A stretch of 64,000 nt of DNA from a phage. The notes beneath the pieces are model-generated. The model was given only the letters and a program-made list of their open reading frames with translations. It was not told the DNA's origin and did no database searches. Shown here in pieces: positions 25,165 through 35,157 of the stretch. The number at the start of each line of letters is the position of its first letter. The first letter of the stretch is position 1. The position numbers and the translations under genes were made by a program. Location of the stretch: sequence record OZ346219.1, one strand, 5' to 3'.

Positions 25165-25689
25165 TTAGTAGCCGCGTTCTTGACGGGCGAAGTTTTCAGC
25201 ATTTTTCAGATAGTACAGAATAAAGAGTTCTTGAGCGTCAATACCCAGCGGGATCATCTTTGACAGAATGAAGTGGATCGCGTCCACAAATTCAAATTTC
25301 ACTTCAAGCTGATCTTCCGGTGACAGTTCAGAGAATTTACGCGCTCGCGCTTCTCCGTGGTTCTTTTTCCACATTTTCCAGATTGCACTTGCATCTTTAC
25401 CATTGGACATTCCACCCAGCGATGTGTAAAGCTCTCGTGTTTCGTCTGCGATAGCGTCATCCATCCGTTGCATCCAATCCAGCATTTCACCGCAAGTCTC
25501 TAGCTTAGTTGGATTTGGGACCCAATCAAATTTTTCGGATAATGCAACCTGCAAACCAGTTTGCATTTCGAGCATCACCTGAAACGGATCTTTACCTTCT
25601 GCAATCGCGTGATGATATGCGGCGATAGCCGCGTTAATATCTTTTTCGTTAACCAGACCAGCACAAGAATTAAATTCTGACATATTCAC
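25165..25689 (-). CDS. gp56: dCTP pyrophosphatase gp56 (MazG-like)
   Basis: GKDPFQVMLEMQ, KLETCGE, SPEDQLEVKFEFVDAIHFIL, LYYLKNAENFARQERGY match recalled T4 gp56. Confidence 0.75.
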   Translation of the reverse strand: MNMSEFNSCAGLVNEKDINAAIAAYHHAIAEGKDPFQVMLEMQTGLQVALSEKFDWVPNPTKLETCGEMLDWMQRMDDAIADETRELYTSLGGMSNGKDASAIWKMWKKNHGEARARKFSELSPEDQLEVKFEFVDAIHFILSKMIPLGIDAQELFILYYLKNAENFARQERGY

Positions 25690-25697
25690 CTCATTAA

Positions 25698-26726
25698 TTA
25701 AAATTTACAATATTTCATAAACCGCATTTTAGCCATCAGACCTTGTACGGTGTTCTCTTTGATATATTCCATGATCTGGTCGCGTGTAGCGCCCTCGTCC
25801 TGAATCATGGCGTTAACGTCTTTAGAATGCCACGGGCAACGGTCCCACAAAACAATCTTTTCCCCTGCATTGATAAACTTTTCCAGTCGGTGCATTGTAT
25901 CGGCAGACCGTGGTTCCGCATCAAGTACAAACACTCGCTGATCAGGGAAAGGAATTTCATCTAATCCCAAAGTACCGCCAGTAATTGCACACCCGTTATC
26001 AATAAACAATGAATCGATCGGACCTTCTAAGAAATACACTGGTTTACTCGGATCGGCGCGTTCAAGACCATAGACCTTACTCGCTAACTCATGAGTTTTA
26101 ATCGTCATATATTTGGTCTTTCCGTAGTCCTTTCTCAATGCTCGCCCCTGAATGGATTCTATCTTGTTCTCGCGGTTAAAGATAGGAATCACTAAACGCG
26201 GTTCAGGTTGTGGATTCTTGAAAGTATCAGCCTTAATGTGATTTGCTACCTTTTGCCATTCTCTCGTGAAATACAGAAGATCCCATTTATCGTGGGGAAT
26301 GCAACGATCACTGACATACTTTATTATAGGATGATTAGCCGGAAGAGTATCTAATCTCTCGCAGAAAGGCAATGTTTGCACTTTCTTAATCTCCGGCTTT
26401 TCTACCTTTTTCAGTGGCTTGAACGTGGTGTTCTTGTGGTCTCCTTGTTCCTTCCGTCGTTCCATAAGCCATTCCCTGAATAGGTCTGGCTTATATTGTT
26501 TAAGAAATTCACCTAACGGCTGATTGTAGTTACAGTTGAAACACGATGCGCGTAACGAGTCTTTATAAGTGTAGATTCTGAAACGCGCCATTGTGCTATT
26601 CTTTTTGGAATCTCCGCAGATCGGACATGAGCATACCAATGTAAATGATTGAGTGTGTAGGCGTTTAAAGTTTCTCTCACCATATATCGCCTTCTCTGCA
26701 ATCTCACAATCTGCGTAGTATATCAT
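25698..26726 (-). CDS. gp61: DNA primase gp61
   Basis: 342 aa as in T4; zinc-ribbon CSCPICGDS...CFNCNY, catalytic GPIDSLFIDNGCAITGG, C-terminal MEYIKENTVQGLMAKMR match T4 gp61. Confidence 0.85.
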   Translation of the reverse strand: MIYYADCEIAEKAIYGERNFKRLHTQSFTLVCSCPICGDSKKNSTMARFRIYTYKDSLRASCFNCNYNQPLGEFLKQYKPDLFREWLMERRKEQGDHKNTTFKPLKKVEKPEIKKVQTLPFCERLDTLPANHPIIKYVSDRCIPHDKWDLLYFTREWQKVANHIKADTFKNPQPEPRLVIPIFNRENKIESIQGRALRKDYGKTKYMTIKTHELASKVYGLERADPSKPVYFLEGPIDSLFIDNGCAITGGTLGLDEIPFPDQRVFVLDAEPRSADTMHRLEKFINAGEKIVLWDRCPWHSKDVNAMIQDEGATRDQIMEYIKENTVQGLMAKMRFMKYCKF

Positions 26727-26730
26727 AATA

Positions 26731-27285
26731 TCACCTCTCTTTATATCGTGATGTTCTGGTCTGACTCTTCCATATTCTTCTTATGGTTATCGTGTGCACT
26801 CCGTATATTATAGCAAGTTCTTTTACAGACGCAACACCCTGTTTAGACCTGATCTCTTCTACTTGATGGTCAGTTAACTTTGCGTTTCCGTGTGTTTCTC
26901 CATAGTTTTTGTTCAATCCTTCTTCTTTAGCGTGTATAAGATTTTCTCTTTGTGTTGTCCACTCAAGGCCATACAGATCAAAATCCTTTTTATCACCAAA
27001 TTTGTGATTTACTACAGGGTAGTTGTTTGGATTTGGTATAAATGCTTCTGCTAATGCCCTATGAATATAAACGCCGACGGTCTTTGGCTTGCCCGACTTT
27101 GTTCTGTTGGCGTAATCTCTTATATTACAAGAGACATAACCTTTTGTTATTTTAGTTGATCTGACCTTGCCAGTGGCTTTATTTCTTAGTTTACCATAAG
27201 AACTAATTTCATATTCTGGATACGATACGCCCATATAAACAAGGTCTTTCCATTCTTCTGGATGTTCATCACAATACCGTTTCAT
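26731..27285 (-). CDS. HNH homing endonuclease (NUMOD4-like N-terminus plus HNH_3-like core)
   Basis: W..L..GVSYPEYEISSYGKLRN (NUMOD4-type) and VNHKFGDKKDFDLYGLEWTTQREN (HNH-type) motifs. Confidence 0.7.
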   Translation of the reverse strand: MKRYCDEHPEEWKDLVYMGVSYPEYEISSYGKLRNKATGKVRSTKITKGYVSCNIRDYANRTKSGKPKTVGVYIHRALAEAFIPNPNNYPVVNHKFGDKKDFDLYGLEWTTQRENLIHAKEEGLNKNYGETHGNAKLTDHQVEEIRSKQGVASVKELAIIYGVHTITIRRIWKSQTRTSRYKER

Positions 27286-27300
27286 GATGTTATTAACCTC

Positions 27301-27504
27301 TTATAGCTCAAATTTCATGAAAGTTCCTACACTTTCATTTTCATTCTCTCCGTTTTCATCTAAGCCAAATTTGTAGACACTACCATCTGGCGATGTGTAA
27401 GAGAATACACGAAAACGGCCTACCGAATCAAGTTCTGTAAATTCATATTCTTTTCCGGCTTCAAAAAGTGCATATGTGCTTTTAAGACATTTCATCGTAA
27501 TCAT
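27301..27504 (-). CDS. hypothetical protein (67 aa)
   Basis: Track ORF. Confidence 0.4.
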   Translation of the reverse strand: MITMKCLKSTYALFEAGKEYEFTELDSVGRFRVFSYTSPDGSVYKFGLDENGENENESVGTFMKFEL

Positions 27505-27644
27505 TTAAGCGCCACCGACAACAGAATGAGAACTACACCAACATACATTGTGATCTCGGATAACTTTTCTGTTTTTGTTTTGTGTCCAGATAATCCGAAA
27601 ACAACAACACCGATAATAGCGGACAGCAAGCCAACGATAAACAT
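27501..27644 (-). CDS. possible small two-TM membrane protein (47 aa; alternative GTG start at 27659); not in the ORF track
   Basis: Hand-translated: MFIVGLLSAIIGVVVFGLSGHKTKTEKLSEITMYVGVVLILLSVALK; its stop overlaps the downstream ATG (ATGA). Confidence 0.3.
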   Translation of the reverse strand: MFIVGLLSAIIGVVVFGLSGHKTKTEKLSEITMYVGVVLILLSVALK

Positions 27645-27824
27645 GATGATACTAAGCACCGTCTTTCTCCTTTTTGCGTTTTTCTTTACCCGCTACACTA
27701 GGTCCACGATTGGTAATAGATCCGCTCGTTTCACCTGCTGCGATCTTCTCAGGATTGCCGCCAGCATCGCCAGCGGTCATATCTTCTTTGAGTTTATTTT
27801 CTTCAACAAACTGTTTAAAGCCAA

Positions 27825-28202
27825 TCATAGAATAATCTCTTTCAGTAAGTCAACAATCTGGTCTTTCGTCAGTTTATCCTGATTCTCTACAATCTTGATA
27901 ACACAAGCGTTAACATCTTTTCGAGTAACGCGGGAGATCGTTTTAATACGATGAAACGGTTCGTAGAAATATACTGCTTCATTATAGAGCGCAGCAATTT
28001 TTCGACGCATTTGATCTTTATCTGACAAGAAAACAAGTGCTGTTTTATGACCTTCTACACCCGCCACGTTATATAGTTCAGCAACACCCCAGCGACCTTC
28101 CGGTTCAATCATTCCGGCGTGTTTACCGTCGATAAAAATAAGAATATCTCCGTTGAATGCGGTTTTGAATGCTACATCTTCCGGCGTAATCATATTTTTC
28201 AT
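27825..28202 (-). CDS. hypothetical protein (125 aa)
   Basis: Track ORF between gp61 and gp41. Confidence 0.45.
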   Translation of the reverse strand: MKNMITPEDVAFKTAFNGDILIFIDGKHAGMIEPEGRWGVAELYNVAGVEGHKTALVFLSDKDQMRRKIAALYNEAVYFYEPFHRIKTISRVTRKDVNACVIKIVENQDKLTKDQIVDLLKEIIL

Positions 28203-28232
28203 AATATAGTCTCCTTAGAGTTTCATTATAGA

Positions 28233-28868
28233 TCAAGCGAATGTAGAAAGCAAATGTTTTGTTTCTTTCAGTTGTCGTTCAAGATCTTTGCGTTTCTCTT
28301 TAAGTTGCATTTTAGCATTATTTCGCTGTTTTTCAACATCTTTATCAATGCTCTTATTCCAGTTATCAATATCAGAATAAGTTGGCATACCCAATTCTAG
28401 ACCTAATGCGGTTGGATACAGGGTAACAGTCCATAAACCGCTAATCTTCTTAAATAGGTCTGGGTGTAGTGTACTATCTACATCTTCTGGTGTCAACTCT
28501 TTTTCTTCTTTCAGTGGTGGGATCTCGTCATATGGTTCCAGTGCATTTACTTTAATATCAGATACCTCATCAAAGAATCCGCGTACATCCGCAGGAAATA
28601 CACAAGCAATTTCCCAACCGTGATCACGCAGAGAAGTAATATTTTTCACTCCCCCACCATGTGTGATGATTGATGTGACATTGCCATCAAGGTCCACCGA
28701 ATTTACGAGAAATGGCTTATCGTCTGTCAGATCATTATAAAACTGTGCTTCGGCTGTAGTCATCTCCAGAAACAGATCTCGGATCGTACGACCATCAGGT
28801 GCGTTACCTTCCTTGAGAGTATAAAAGCGACTTACGATCCATTTTGGCGGTAAAGCATTAGCGATCAT
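28233..28868 (-). CDS. hypothetical protein (211 aa)
   Basis: Track ORF. Confidence 0.45.
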   Translation of the reverse strand: MIANALPPKWIVSRFYTLKEGNAPDGRTIRDLFLEMTTAEAQFYNDLTDDKPFLVNSVDLDGNVTSIITHGGGVKNITSLRDHGWEIACVFPADVRGFFDEVSDIKVNALEPYDEIPPLKEEKELTPEDVDSTLHPDLFKKISGLWTVTLYPTALGLELGMPTYSDIDNWNKSIDKDVEKQRNNAKMQLKEKRKDLERQLKETKHLLSTFA

Positions 28869-28918
28869 GTTATATCTCCTATCAAATCATTCACCAGCGC
28901 CCCGCAGGGCGCATTTTA

Positions 28919-30331
28919 TTAGAAAGTCATGTTATTTGCTAGCTCGTCGAGTTTTTCTCGTTTCTCGGCTTGCTGTGCGCTTTGTGGTTTAACTTGTGCA
29001 TTCTCCTGATCTGCGATCTGGTTTGGTACTTCATACCAACGCTGATTGCCTTTTTTCACACCAACGTTAAACCGTGAATAATAGTTCTTATCACCGTAAC
29101 GAGACTTGATCTGCTTCATGAGTTGGACGCCCATTTTAGCCAGGTCTTCGGTTTCGATAACACCCAACATAAAGTCGGCAGTAGCCGGAAGACCTGCTGA
29201 TTCAGCGGTATCACTCATGTTAAGGTCGGAAGCATCCCAACCCGCGCGGGTAGTCTGTGCCGCAGTCCAACCAACAACATCCCACTTAACAAAAAATCCT
29301 CGCAGTTCTTCCGCAATCGCCTTAACTAGTGTGTAACTATTTTCAGAGTATACACGCAAGCGAGACGATGCGCAAATCCCCAGATAGTCAACAATCACAA
29401 CATCAGGTTTAAACTGTTTCTTGAGTCGCAATTCATTCATTAACGCCTCAAAGTGATTGGAGTTCGCGCCACCAGTCGGATACTGCTTGATCATCAATTT
29501 TCCAACCGGACGATCTCCGATCTTCTTATTCTTAACACGCTTCATACGTGCGGAATATTCCGCAAAAGAAACATTACCATTATCCAATTCATCTAATGTA
29601 ATGTCAAGCAAGTTTGCGTCGATACGTTTGGCTACGACATGCTCTGCCATCTCCATTGAGATATACAATACATCATAACCACATTCCATATAATCCGCAG
29701 CAAGAGAACATAATCCAAGCGATTTACCAACATTTACACCAGCAAGCAACACATTTAGCGTTTTTCTTTCCGCACCTCCTTTCGTGATTTTATTCAACAT
29801 CGGCAGCTTAAACGGGATCTTATTCGCCTTAGTCTGATATAGCAAGAATCGTTTTTCAAAGTCATTAAACCAGTCATGACCTACATCAGAATCAAACGTA
29901 ATGGATAGTGCTTCCTGCATGATCTCAGGAATAGCACCCTCACTCGGCAATTTCTTATTCTGTTTCTCTTTTGGTAGTTGTGCGTTCGCCTGAATCTCTA
30001 GCGCCCGTGACATTGCATTATACATGGCACGGTCACGAATAAATTTTTCGGTTTCCTTCATTAACCAATCAAGGTCTTCCGGTGTATTCTCCAGCGAATC
30101 GAGAAGAGTTTTCGCCCCTTCATATGTTGTCTGATTGCCTCTCTCCTTGTCTAAAGCAATCTGTAATGCTGTTGGCGTAGGAATATTGGAATATTCGTCT
30201 ACGTGCTTTTTAATCAGCTTATAAATCAGTTTTTCTTCGTCTTCGGTGAAGTAGTCCGCTTTAAGGTGAGGCCATACATTCGTAAAGAATGCGCCATTGT
30301 AAATCAACTGTGAAAAGATAGTTTTAATCAT
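28919..30331 (-). CDS. gp41: replicative DNA helicase gp41 (DnaB-like)
   Basis: 470 aa; Walker A region GVNVGKSLGL and an N-terminus resembling T4 gp41. Confidence 0.85.
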   Translation of the reverse strand: MIKTIFSQLIYNGAFFTNVWPHLKADYFTEDEEKLIYKLIKKHVDEYSNIPTPTALQIALDKERGNQTTYEGAKTLLDSLENTPEDLDWLMKETEKFIRDRAMYNAMSRALEIQANAQLPKEKQNKKLPSEGAIPEIMQEALSITFDSDVGHDWFNDFEKRFLLYQTKANKIPFKLPMLNKITKGGAERKTLNVLLAGVNVGKSLGLCSLAADYMECGYDVLYISMEMAEHVVAKRIDANLLDITLDELDNGNVSFAEYSARMKRVKNKKIGDRPVGKLMIKQYPTGGANSNHFEALMNELRLKKQFKPDVVIVDYLGICASSRLRVYSENSYTLVKAIAEELRGFFVKWDVVGWTAAQTTRAGWDASDLNMSDTAESAGLPATADFMLGVIETEDLAKMGVQLMKQIKSRYGDKNYYSRFNVGVKKGNQRWYEVPNQIADQENAQVKPQSAQQAEKREKLDELANNMTF

Positions 30332-30645
30332 ACATAGCCCCCAACTACACGCATAACAAAGGTCTTGAGTTTATACCAGAAAGTTTCTTTTTTCAACTTT
30401 TCTTCTGCTTCTTTGATCTGCGCGGTTAACGCCTTAATGACGTGTGGATATACCACATCACGATCTGACGGCGTGGAGTAGTCGACCACAATACCTTTAG
30501 TGTCTGGATCGTATTCAACATTATGAATATAGACAATATGATGTTCTCCCTCTTCATCAACAATTATCAATTCCTGAATAACTGTCTTCATTGCTTCTTG
30601 AATCAAGCCGTGTGCTTCTTCTAAACTTGTTGGCTTCTTATCCAT
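30328..30645 (-). CDS. gp40-like protein (105 aa)
   Basis: Position between gp41 and uvsX as T4 gene 40; C-terminal hydrophobic tail. Confidence 0.4.
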   Translation of the reverse strand: MDKKPTSLEEAHGLIQEAMKTVIQELIIVDEEGEHHIVYIHNVEYDPDTKGIVVDYSTPSDRDVVYPHVIKALTAQIKEAEEKLKKETFWYKLKTFVMRVVGGYV

Positions 30646-30700
30646 AATATAATCCTCTCTAGATATGAAAAAGGGGCACGTAGCCCCTTTACTACCATTG

Positions 30701-31771
30701 TTATGCTAACATATCTTCGATTTCTTTGTCAACTGATTCGTCGCTGATCACTTGCCCCAGCTTATAATGATCGTTGATCGCTTCGTTAAACTTATCGTTT
30801 GTCAGAAGTGGTTTCCAGAACTCAACGCTATTGGTTTCTTTAGCACGGAACTTGCGTTCTTCGGTTTCCATCTCTCCGGTCTCAGTATTCAGGATTGAAC
30901 GAGAATACCAGCCGTTTGACGGTTTCACTACCCAACCTAACTCTACAGCCAATTCCAGCAAGCCAGAATAAGGATCGATGCCACCGCTAAATGTTACGCT
31001 AATCGGGAACTTAGATTTTTCTTTAACGGTTCGTGATTTTTCCGCATTCAGGATAAAATCATAACCAGTAATTTCGGTTCCTTCTTTCTGCTGACGACGA
31101 CCAATAATGAAAACTTCATTGGCTGAATACATCGCGCCCGTACCGCCGGACATAACGGTCTTACTAAACATTTCTTGCGTTTCGTAAGTGTGGTTAATAG
31201 CGATGCACGGGATATCATTCATAGTCAGATACGGCGTAACCATACGGAACAAGCCTTTAAGTGCTTTAGCTCGCGTCATATCCTGTGCGGATTTCTCATT
31301 AATCGCGTCTTCAACTTCTTTTTTACTTGCTAAGTTACCGATTGAGTCAATAAAGATGATCACTTTATCTTCACGGGTAATTTGCTCAAGCTGGTTCATG
31401 ATTTCAAATTTAAGTTCTTCGATGTTCTTGATTGGAACATGCACCACGCGATCAGGATCTACACCCATAGATTCAAGATAAGCGGATGTAATACCGAACT
31501 CAGAATCAAAGAACAAACACGCCGCATCAGGATTCTGTTTCATGTATGCACTAACACAGGTTAATCCCATGTTTGATTTAAAGTGCTTAGACGGACCAGC
31601 AAAGAAAATCAGACCAGATTGAAAGCCTTTTTTAAGATCACCCGAAAACGCAATATTCAGCATCGGGATCTTAGTGCGAGTATTTGTTTTTTCGTTAAAG
31701 AAGCTGGATTTAGACAGTACCGCAGTAGTTTTCAGGGTAGAGTTCTTTTTCAGTTTTTCCAGTACAGACAT
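30701..31771 (-). CDS. uvsX: UvsX recombinase (RecA-like)
   Basis: FFNEKTNTRTKIPMLNIAFSG, GPSKHFKSN, CIAINHTYETQEMFSKTVM, KSRTVKEKSKF match recalled T4 UvsX. Confidence 0.85.
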   Translation of the reverse strand: MSVLEKLKKNSTLKTTAVLSKSSFFNEKTNTRTKIPMLNIAFSGDLKKGFQSGLIFFAGPSKHFKSNMGLTCVSAYMKQNPDAACLFFDSEFGITSAYLESMGVDPDRVVHVPIKNIEELKFEIMNQLEQITREDKVIIFIDSIGNLASKKEVEDAINEKSAQDMTRAKALKGLFRMVTPYLTMNDIPCIAINHTYETQEMFSKTVMSGGTGAMYSANEVFIIGRRQQKEGTEITGYDFILNAEKSRTVKEKSKFPISVTFSGGIDPYSGLLELAVELGWVVKPSNGWYSRSILNTETGEMETEERKFRAKETNSVEFWKPLLTNDKFNEAINDHYKLGQVISDESVDKEIEDMLA

Positions 31772-31782
31772 TATTAATACCT

Positions 31783-32010
31783 CTATTCAGTTAATCCGTA
31801 ATACTTTAATTGCTTCATTGTTATTCGATCTTTGTAGTGCTCTTGAATTAACTTTTTCATCGCATCAACATCGATCGTCACAAATACTTCGTTGCTGTGA
31901 TTTCCGTGAACTTTCTTGAAATGCTCTATGCCTTCCTCACGTTCACGTTTAATCTTTTCAATGTCTCTCATCATATATTTCTCACGTTGGCGGGTATCGT
32001 CACCCAACAC
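31783..32010 (-). CDS. hypothetical protein (75 aa)
   Basis: The only ORF between uvsX and gp43. Confidence 0.4.
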   Translation of the reverse strand: MLGDDTRQREKYMMRDIEKIKREREEGIEHFKKVHGNHSNEVFVTIDVDAMKKLIQEHYKDRITMKQLKYYGLTE

Positions 32011-32032
32011 CCGCCATTATACACACTTTATC

Positions 32033-34711
32033 TTAAATGTCAAACAGGTCTGTAAGAGATGCCACTTTTTCATATTGCAGCTTTGCAGCCGTGGTAATGT
32101 TCTCCAGTGGTTTGACGAAAGTCTTATTAAACAACAAAGGCCAGTCCAACCACTTCAACACCTCTGATTCAATTTCTGGAGGAATACGAGTACCAGACAA
32201 CCAACCAAAACAGATTTCTCCAAACGGATTTCGATCTTTCAGCGGTACAATCATAACCTTCTCGCCTTCACGAATCGGATCTAGTCCGAATTTTCGAGCA
32301 TTACGATTATAACACAATACACTCTTAACCGCATATGGACAACCCTTAATCGGATACCCGTTTGAATCGCTGTATTTCTGTAGGTTGTTTGCAGATGATA
32401 CCGCAGCAACCTCAAGATAATCAAGTTTTCTAAATTCTTGCTCAAAAATACCGTAGTATTCCTGCAATGACTCTTCACCTTCCTGCAACATACGGCGAAT
32501 ACATTCTTTCAGTGATTTCTGACATGCTTTAGGGGTGGAGCTACGTTGCGTTTCCAAGCCCATGATTTTTAGCTTAGGTTCAGCAAAGCGCGTTCCTTCC
32601 ATATCCCAAACATTAAGAGCATAACGCTTTTTACCAGTCCAGAATCCACCGATACCCGCAGATTTCAATGGAGGACCAGCAATTGCCTCACGGTCCATAA
32701 ACATCAAGTGCTCATAGTTGTTCATGTACTCGCATAACTCGCGATATCCCTTGTCGATAATAGGTTCCATTCGATGTTTACCGAAATTATCAAGGAAGTC
32801 AACAAGTTTTTCGGTATCGTCGAAACGGTCTTCCCCGCCAACCTTATCAACAACATTGTTAACCAGCACATAAACGGAGTCAGTATCACAATAACGAACA
32901 TATGCAAAATCGGTTGTTCCACAAAGCTCGTTTAAGTATTCGTTAATCTTACGCTCAATCCACTGAATTGCAAGCTGACCAAACAAGGTGATCGCACTAG
33001 CGTTACGGAGATCATAAAAACGGAATTTAGGATTCCCCAACGCACCATAAAGGGAGTTGATCAAAACTTTACGAGAAAGCTGGTTTGTATTGCACAAGAT
33101 CGACTCGTCTTTACATTCTTCCAGCAATTTCTCTAAGGCATCTTTACTTAATTCAGAAAGCATCGATTTAAACGCTTCATCAAAGTCGTGACGCACTTCA
33201 ACGCTATAGTTAATGGTTCCTCCATAAACATGATTTTCATCGTGTAGAATCGCTTTACAGAGTTCAGCATTGCGATCACATGCCAACATCATGTTTTTGT
33301 ACTGCTTACGCTGATCGAATACCTTTTTAATCTCAATCGGTACGATACCGTGAATATCTTTTCTATACATCCATCCGTTAGGCGAGCAAGAATACTCATC
33401 ACTCGGACGTGGTGCAGTTTTATTGATATACTCGTGCATCGGTGCAGCATCAAAAGATCCAGCGATTGTTTCAGGCGAAATATTAACCTGTCGAATAATA
33501 GATGGGTACAGACTTGTTAAGTCAAAGCTCATCATCCAACGGTAAGCATTCGGCACAGGTTCTTTTACGAATGCGCCTGGATACGTCTGCTTAGGCTGTA
33601 TCTTATTTTCCGGTACTACTTTACCCTCAGCTTTCAGAGATCCGAAGATAATAGCATCCCATACTTTCATCGGGTTATAAACATGGTTAAATTTAATCTT
33701 TGCATAGAAACATAGACTATACACAAGATCGATAAATCCACGCTTTTTATCAATCGCCAGCACACGATCAACGTCGCCGATGTTATAATCGATGTAAAGT
33801 TGATGGTTGTCATCACGCAATTTCTTTAACGGACCATCATAATCAACCTTACCGATTCCTGTCTCATATTCAGCAACATAATCTAATGCATATGTTGGTT
33901 GAGTCGTAAAGCTAAATTTCTTGTACAGGTCAATATAATCAAGGCTTTCGATCCCCATGATCGTAAATGCTTCACGCTCGTTGCCAAAATCATCCTGTGA
34001 GATTCGGGATTTAATCTTACCGCACGGGCTTAGACGGTTAGCGGTTCTACTTCCGAACTTATTACTGATACGTTTAATGATATATGGAATATCGAATGTT
34101 TCTGTGTTCCAGCCAGTGAAACCAACGGGTCGGTTTTCCTCAAAGAATCGGATGTATTCTAACAGCAATTCATCTTCTGTGTCATAGACGTTATAAACAA
34201 CGCGCTCTACAATATCAGGTCGAAGAATAGACTTGCTTGCTTCCCAGATTTCACCGTTTTTTCCTTTCAAATCAAATACAAAGAAACGATCATGTACGGA
34301 ATCATAATGCGTAATTGCATCGATAGGATATTTCGCTTCTTCTGGTTTAGGAAATTCCGGTGCAGTGACCTCGATATCAACCCATGCTACACGGATTTTA
34401 TTTCGGTCATATCGAATCTCGCCTTTATATGTATCGGACAGATAGGAGATGATAAAATCATCCATCCCTAGTGCCTCCTGCCCCATTTCTCCCATCTTTT
34501 TACGCCATTTGTTGGCCTCGTTCATAGAGGGGAATTTTTTAGCAATGCAAGGCTTGCCATAGATATCTTTATAATTCGTAACCATACCAGGCGCGGCATG
34601 ATGAAATAAAGTTGGCGTATATTCAACGTAACGCTCTTGTTCTTGTCCAGCATCATCAATATAACGCTCGTAGATCTTATCACCTACTCGCTCACATGAC
34701 AGAAAATACAT
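32033..34711 (-). CDS. gp43: DNA polymerase gp43 (family B)
   Basis: ERYIDDAGQ, exonuclease region, SFDLTSLYPSIIRQVNISPET, INSLYGALGN, YCDTDSVYV match T4 gp43; start set to the ATG at 34711 with RBS AAGGAG. Confidence 0.9.
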   Translation of the reverse strand: MYFLSCERVGDKIYERYIDDAGQEQERYVEYTPTLFHHAAPGMVTNYKDIYGKPCIAKKFPSMNEANKWRKKMGEMGQEALGMDDFIISYLSDTYKGEIRYDRNKIRVAWVDIEVTAPEFPKPEEAKYPIDAITHYDSVHDRFFVFDLKGKNGEIWEASKSILRPDIVERVVYNVYDTEDELLLEYIRFFEENRPVGFTGWNTETFDIPYIIKRISNKFGSRTANRLSPCGKIKSRISQDDFGNEREAFTIMGIESLDYIDLYKKFSFTTQPTYALDYVAEYETGIGKVDYDGPLKKLRDDNHQLYIDYNIGDVDRVLAIDKKRGFIDLVYSLCFYAKIKFNHVYNPMKVWDAIIFGSLKAEGKVVPENKIQPKQTYPGAFVKEPVPNAYRWMMSFDLTSLYPSIIRQVNISPETIAGSFDAAPMHEYINKTAPRPSDEYSCSPNGWMYRKDIHGIVPIEIKKVFDQRKQYKNMMLACDRNAELCKAILHDENHVYGGTINYSVEVRHDFDEAFKSMLSELSKDALEKLLEECKDESILCNTNQLSRKVLINSLYGALGNPKFRFYDLRNASAITLFGQLAIQWIERKINEYLNELCGTTDFAYVRYCDTDSVYVLVNNVVDKVGGEDRFDDTEKLVDFLDNFGKHRMEPIIDKGYRELCEYMNNYEHLMFMDREAIAGPPLKSAGIGGFWTGKKRYALNVWDMEGTRFAEPKLKIMGLETQRSSTPKACQKSLKECIRRMLQEGEESLQEYYGIFEQEFRKLDYLEVAAVSSANNLQKYSDSNGYPIKGCPYAVKSVLCYNRNARKFGLDPIREGEKVMIVPLKDRNPFGEICFGWLSGTRIPPEIESEVLKWLDWPLLFNKTFVKPLENITTAAKLQYEKVASLTDLFDI

Positions 34712-34793
34712 AATATAAACTCCTTCACTTACGAAAGACACTCATTATAGGGGAATCGACTTAGTTTGTCAATACCCCTATCCCATCAGTATC

Positions 34794-35156
34794 TTATCGC
34801 CCGATCTGATATTTCTCGATCAGCGTCCACTCTTCTTTCTGTTTGAAAGACAGTACACGGAAATTATTAACTTCGGTAGTTTCAAAATCACTATCAATCA
34901 GGGTACACAGATTCCACTGCGCCAGAAGTTTTGCAATGTTATTACGGCGTAATTCATCTTCCCACGTCATTTTAACACTACGACCATCTAATTTCAACAA
35001 CTCCTTGAAATGAACGATGTAATAGCGCCCCTTCTTCTGGAGAATATGACAAGACTGATACAGTGTCTTGTCTCGATTGTTGGCAATGCCGCAGCGGGTT
35101 AAAGTCTCCTTAATTTTAAGGAAGTTTTCAGGACTAATCAAATTAATTTCAATCAT
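34794..35156 (-). CDS. regA: translational repressor RegA
   Basis: KETLTRCGIANNRDKTLYQSCHILQKKGRYYIVHFKE closely matches recalled T4 RegA. Confidence 0.85.
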   Translation of the reverse strand: MIEINLISPENFLKIKETLTRCGIANNRDKTLYQSCHILQKKGRYYIVHFKELLKLDGRSVKMTWEDELRRNNIAKLLAQWNLCTLIDSDFETTEVNNFRVLSFKQKEEWTLIEKYQIGR

Positions 35157-35157
35157 T

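Noticed and set aside
27526-27882. 118-aa ORF on the + strand
   Set aside because: Low-complexity hydrophobic translation, opposite in orientation to the whole minus-strand block; the same interval is better explained by small minus-strand ORFs.
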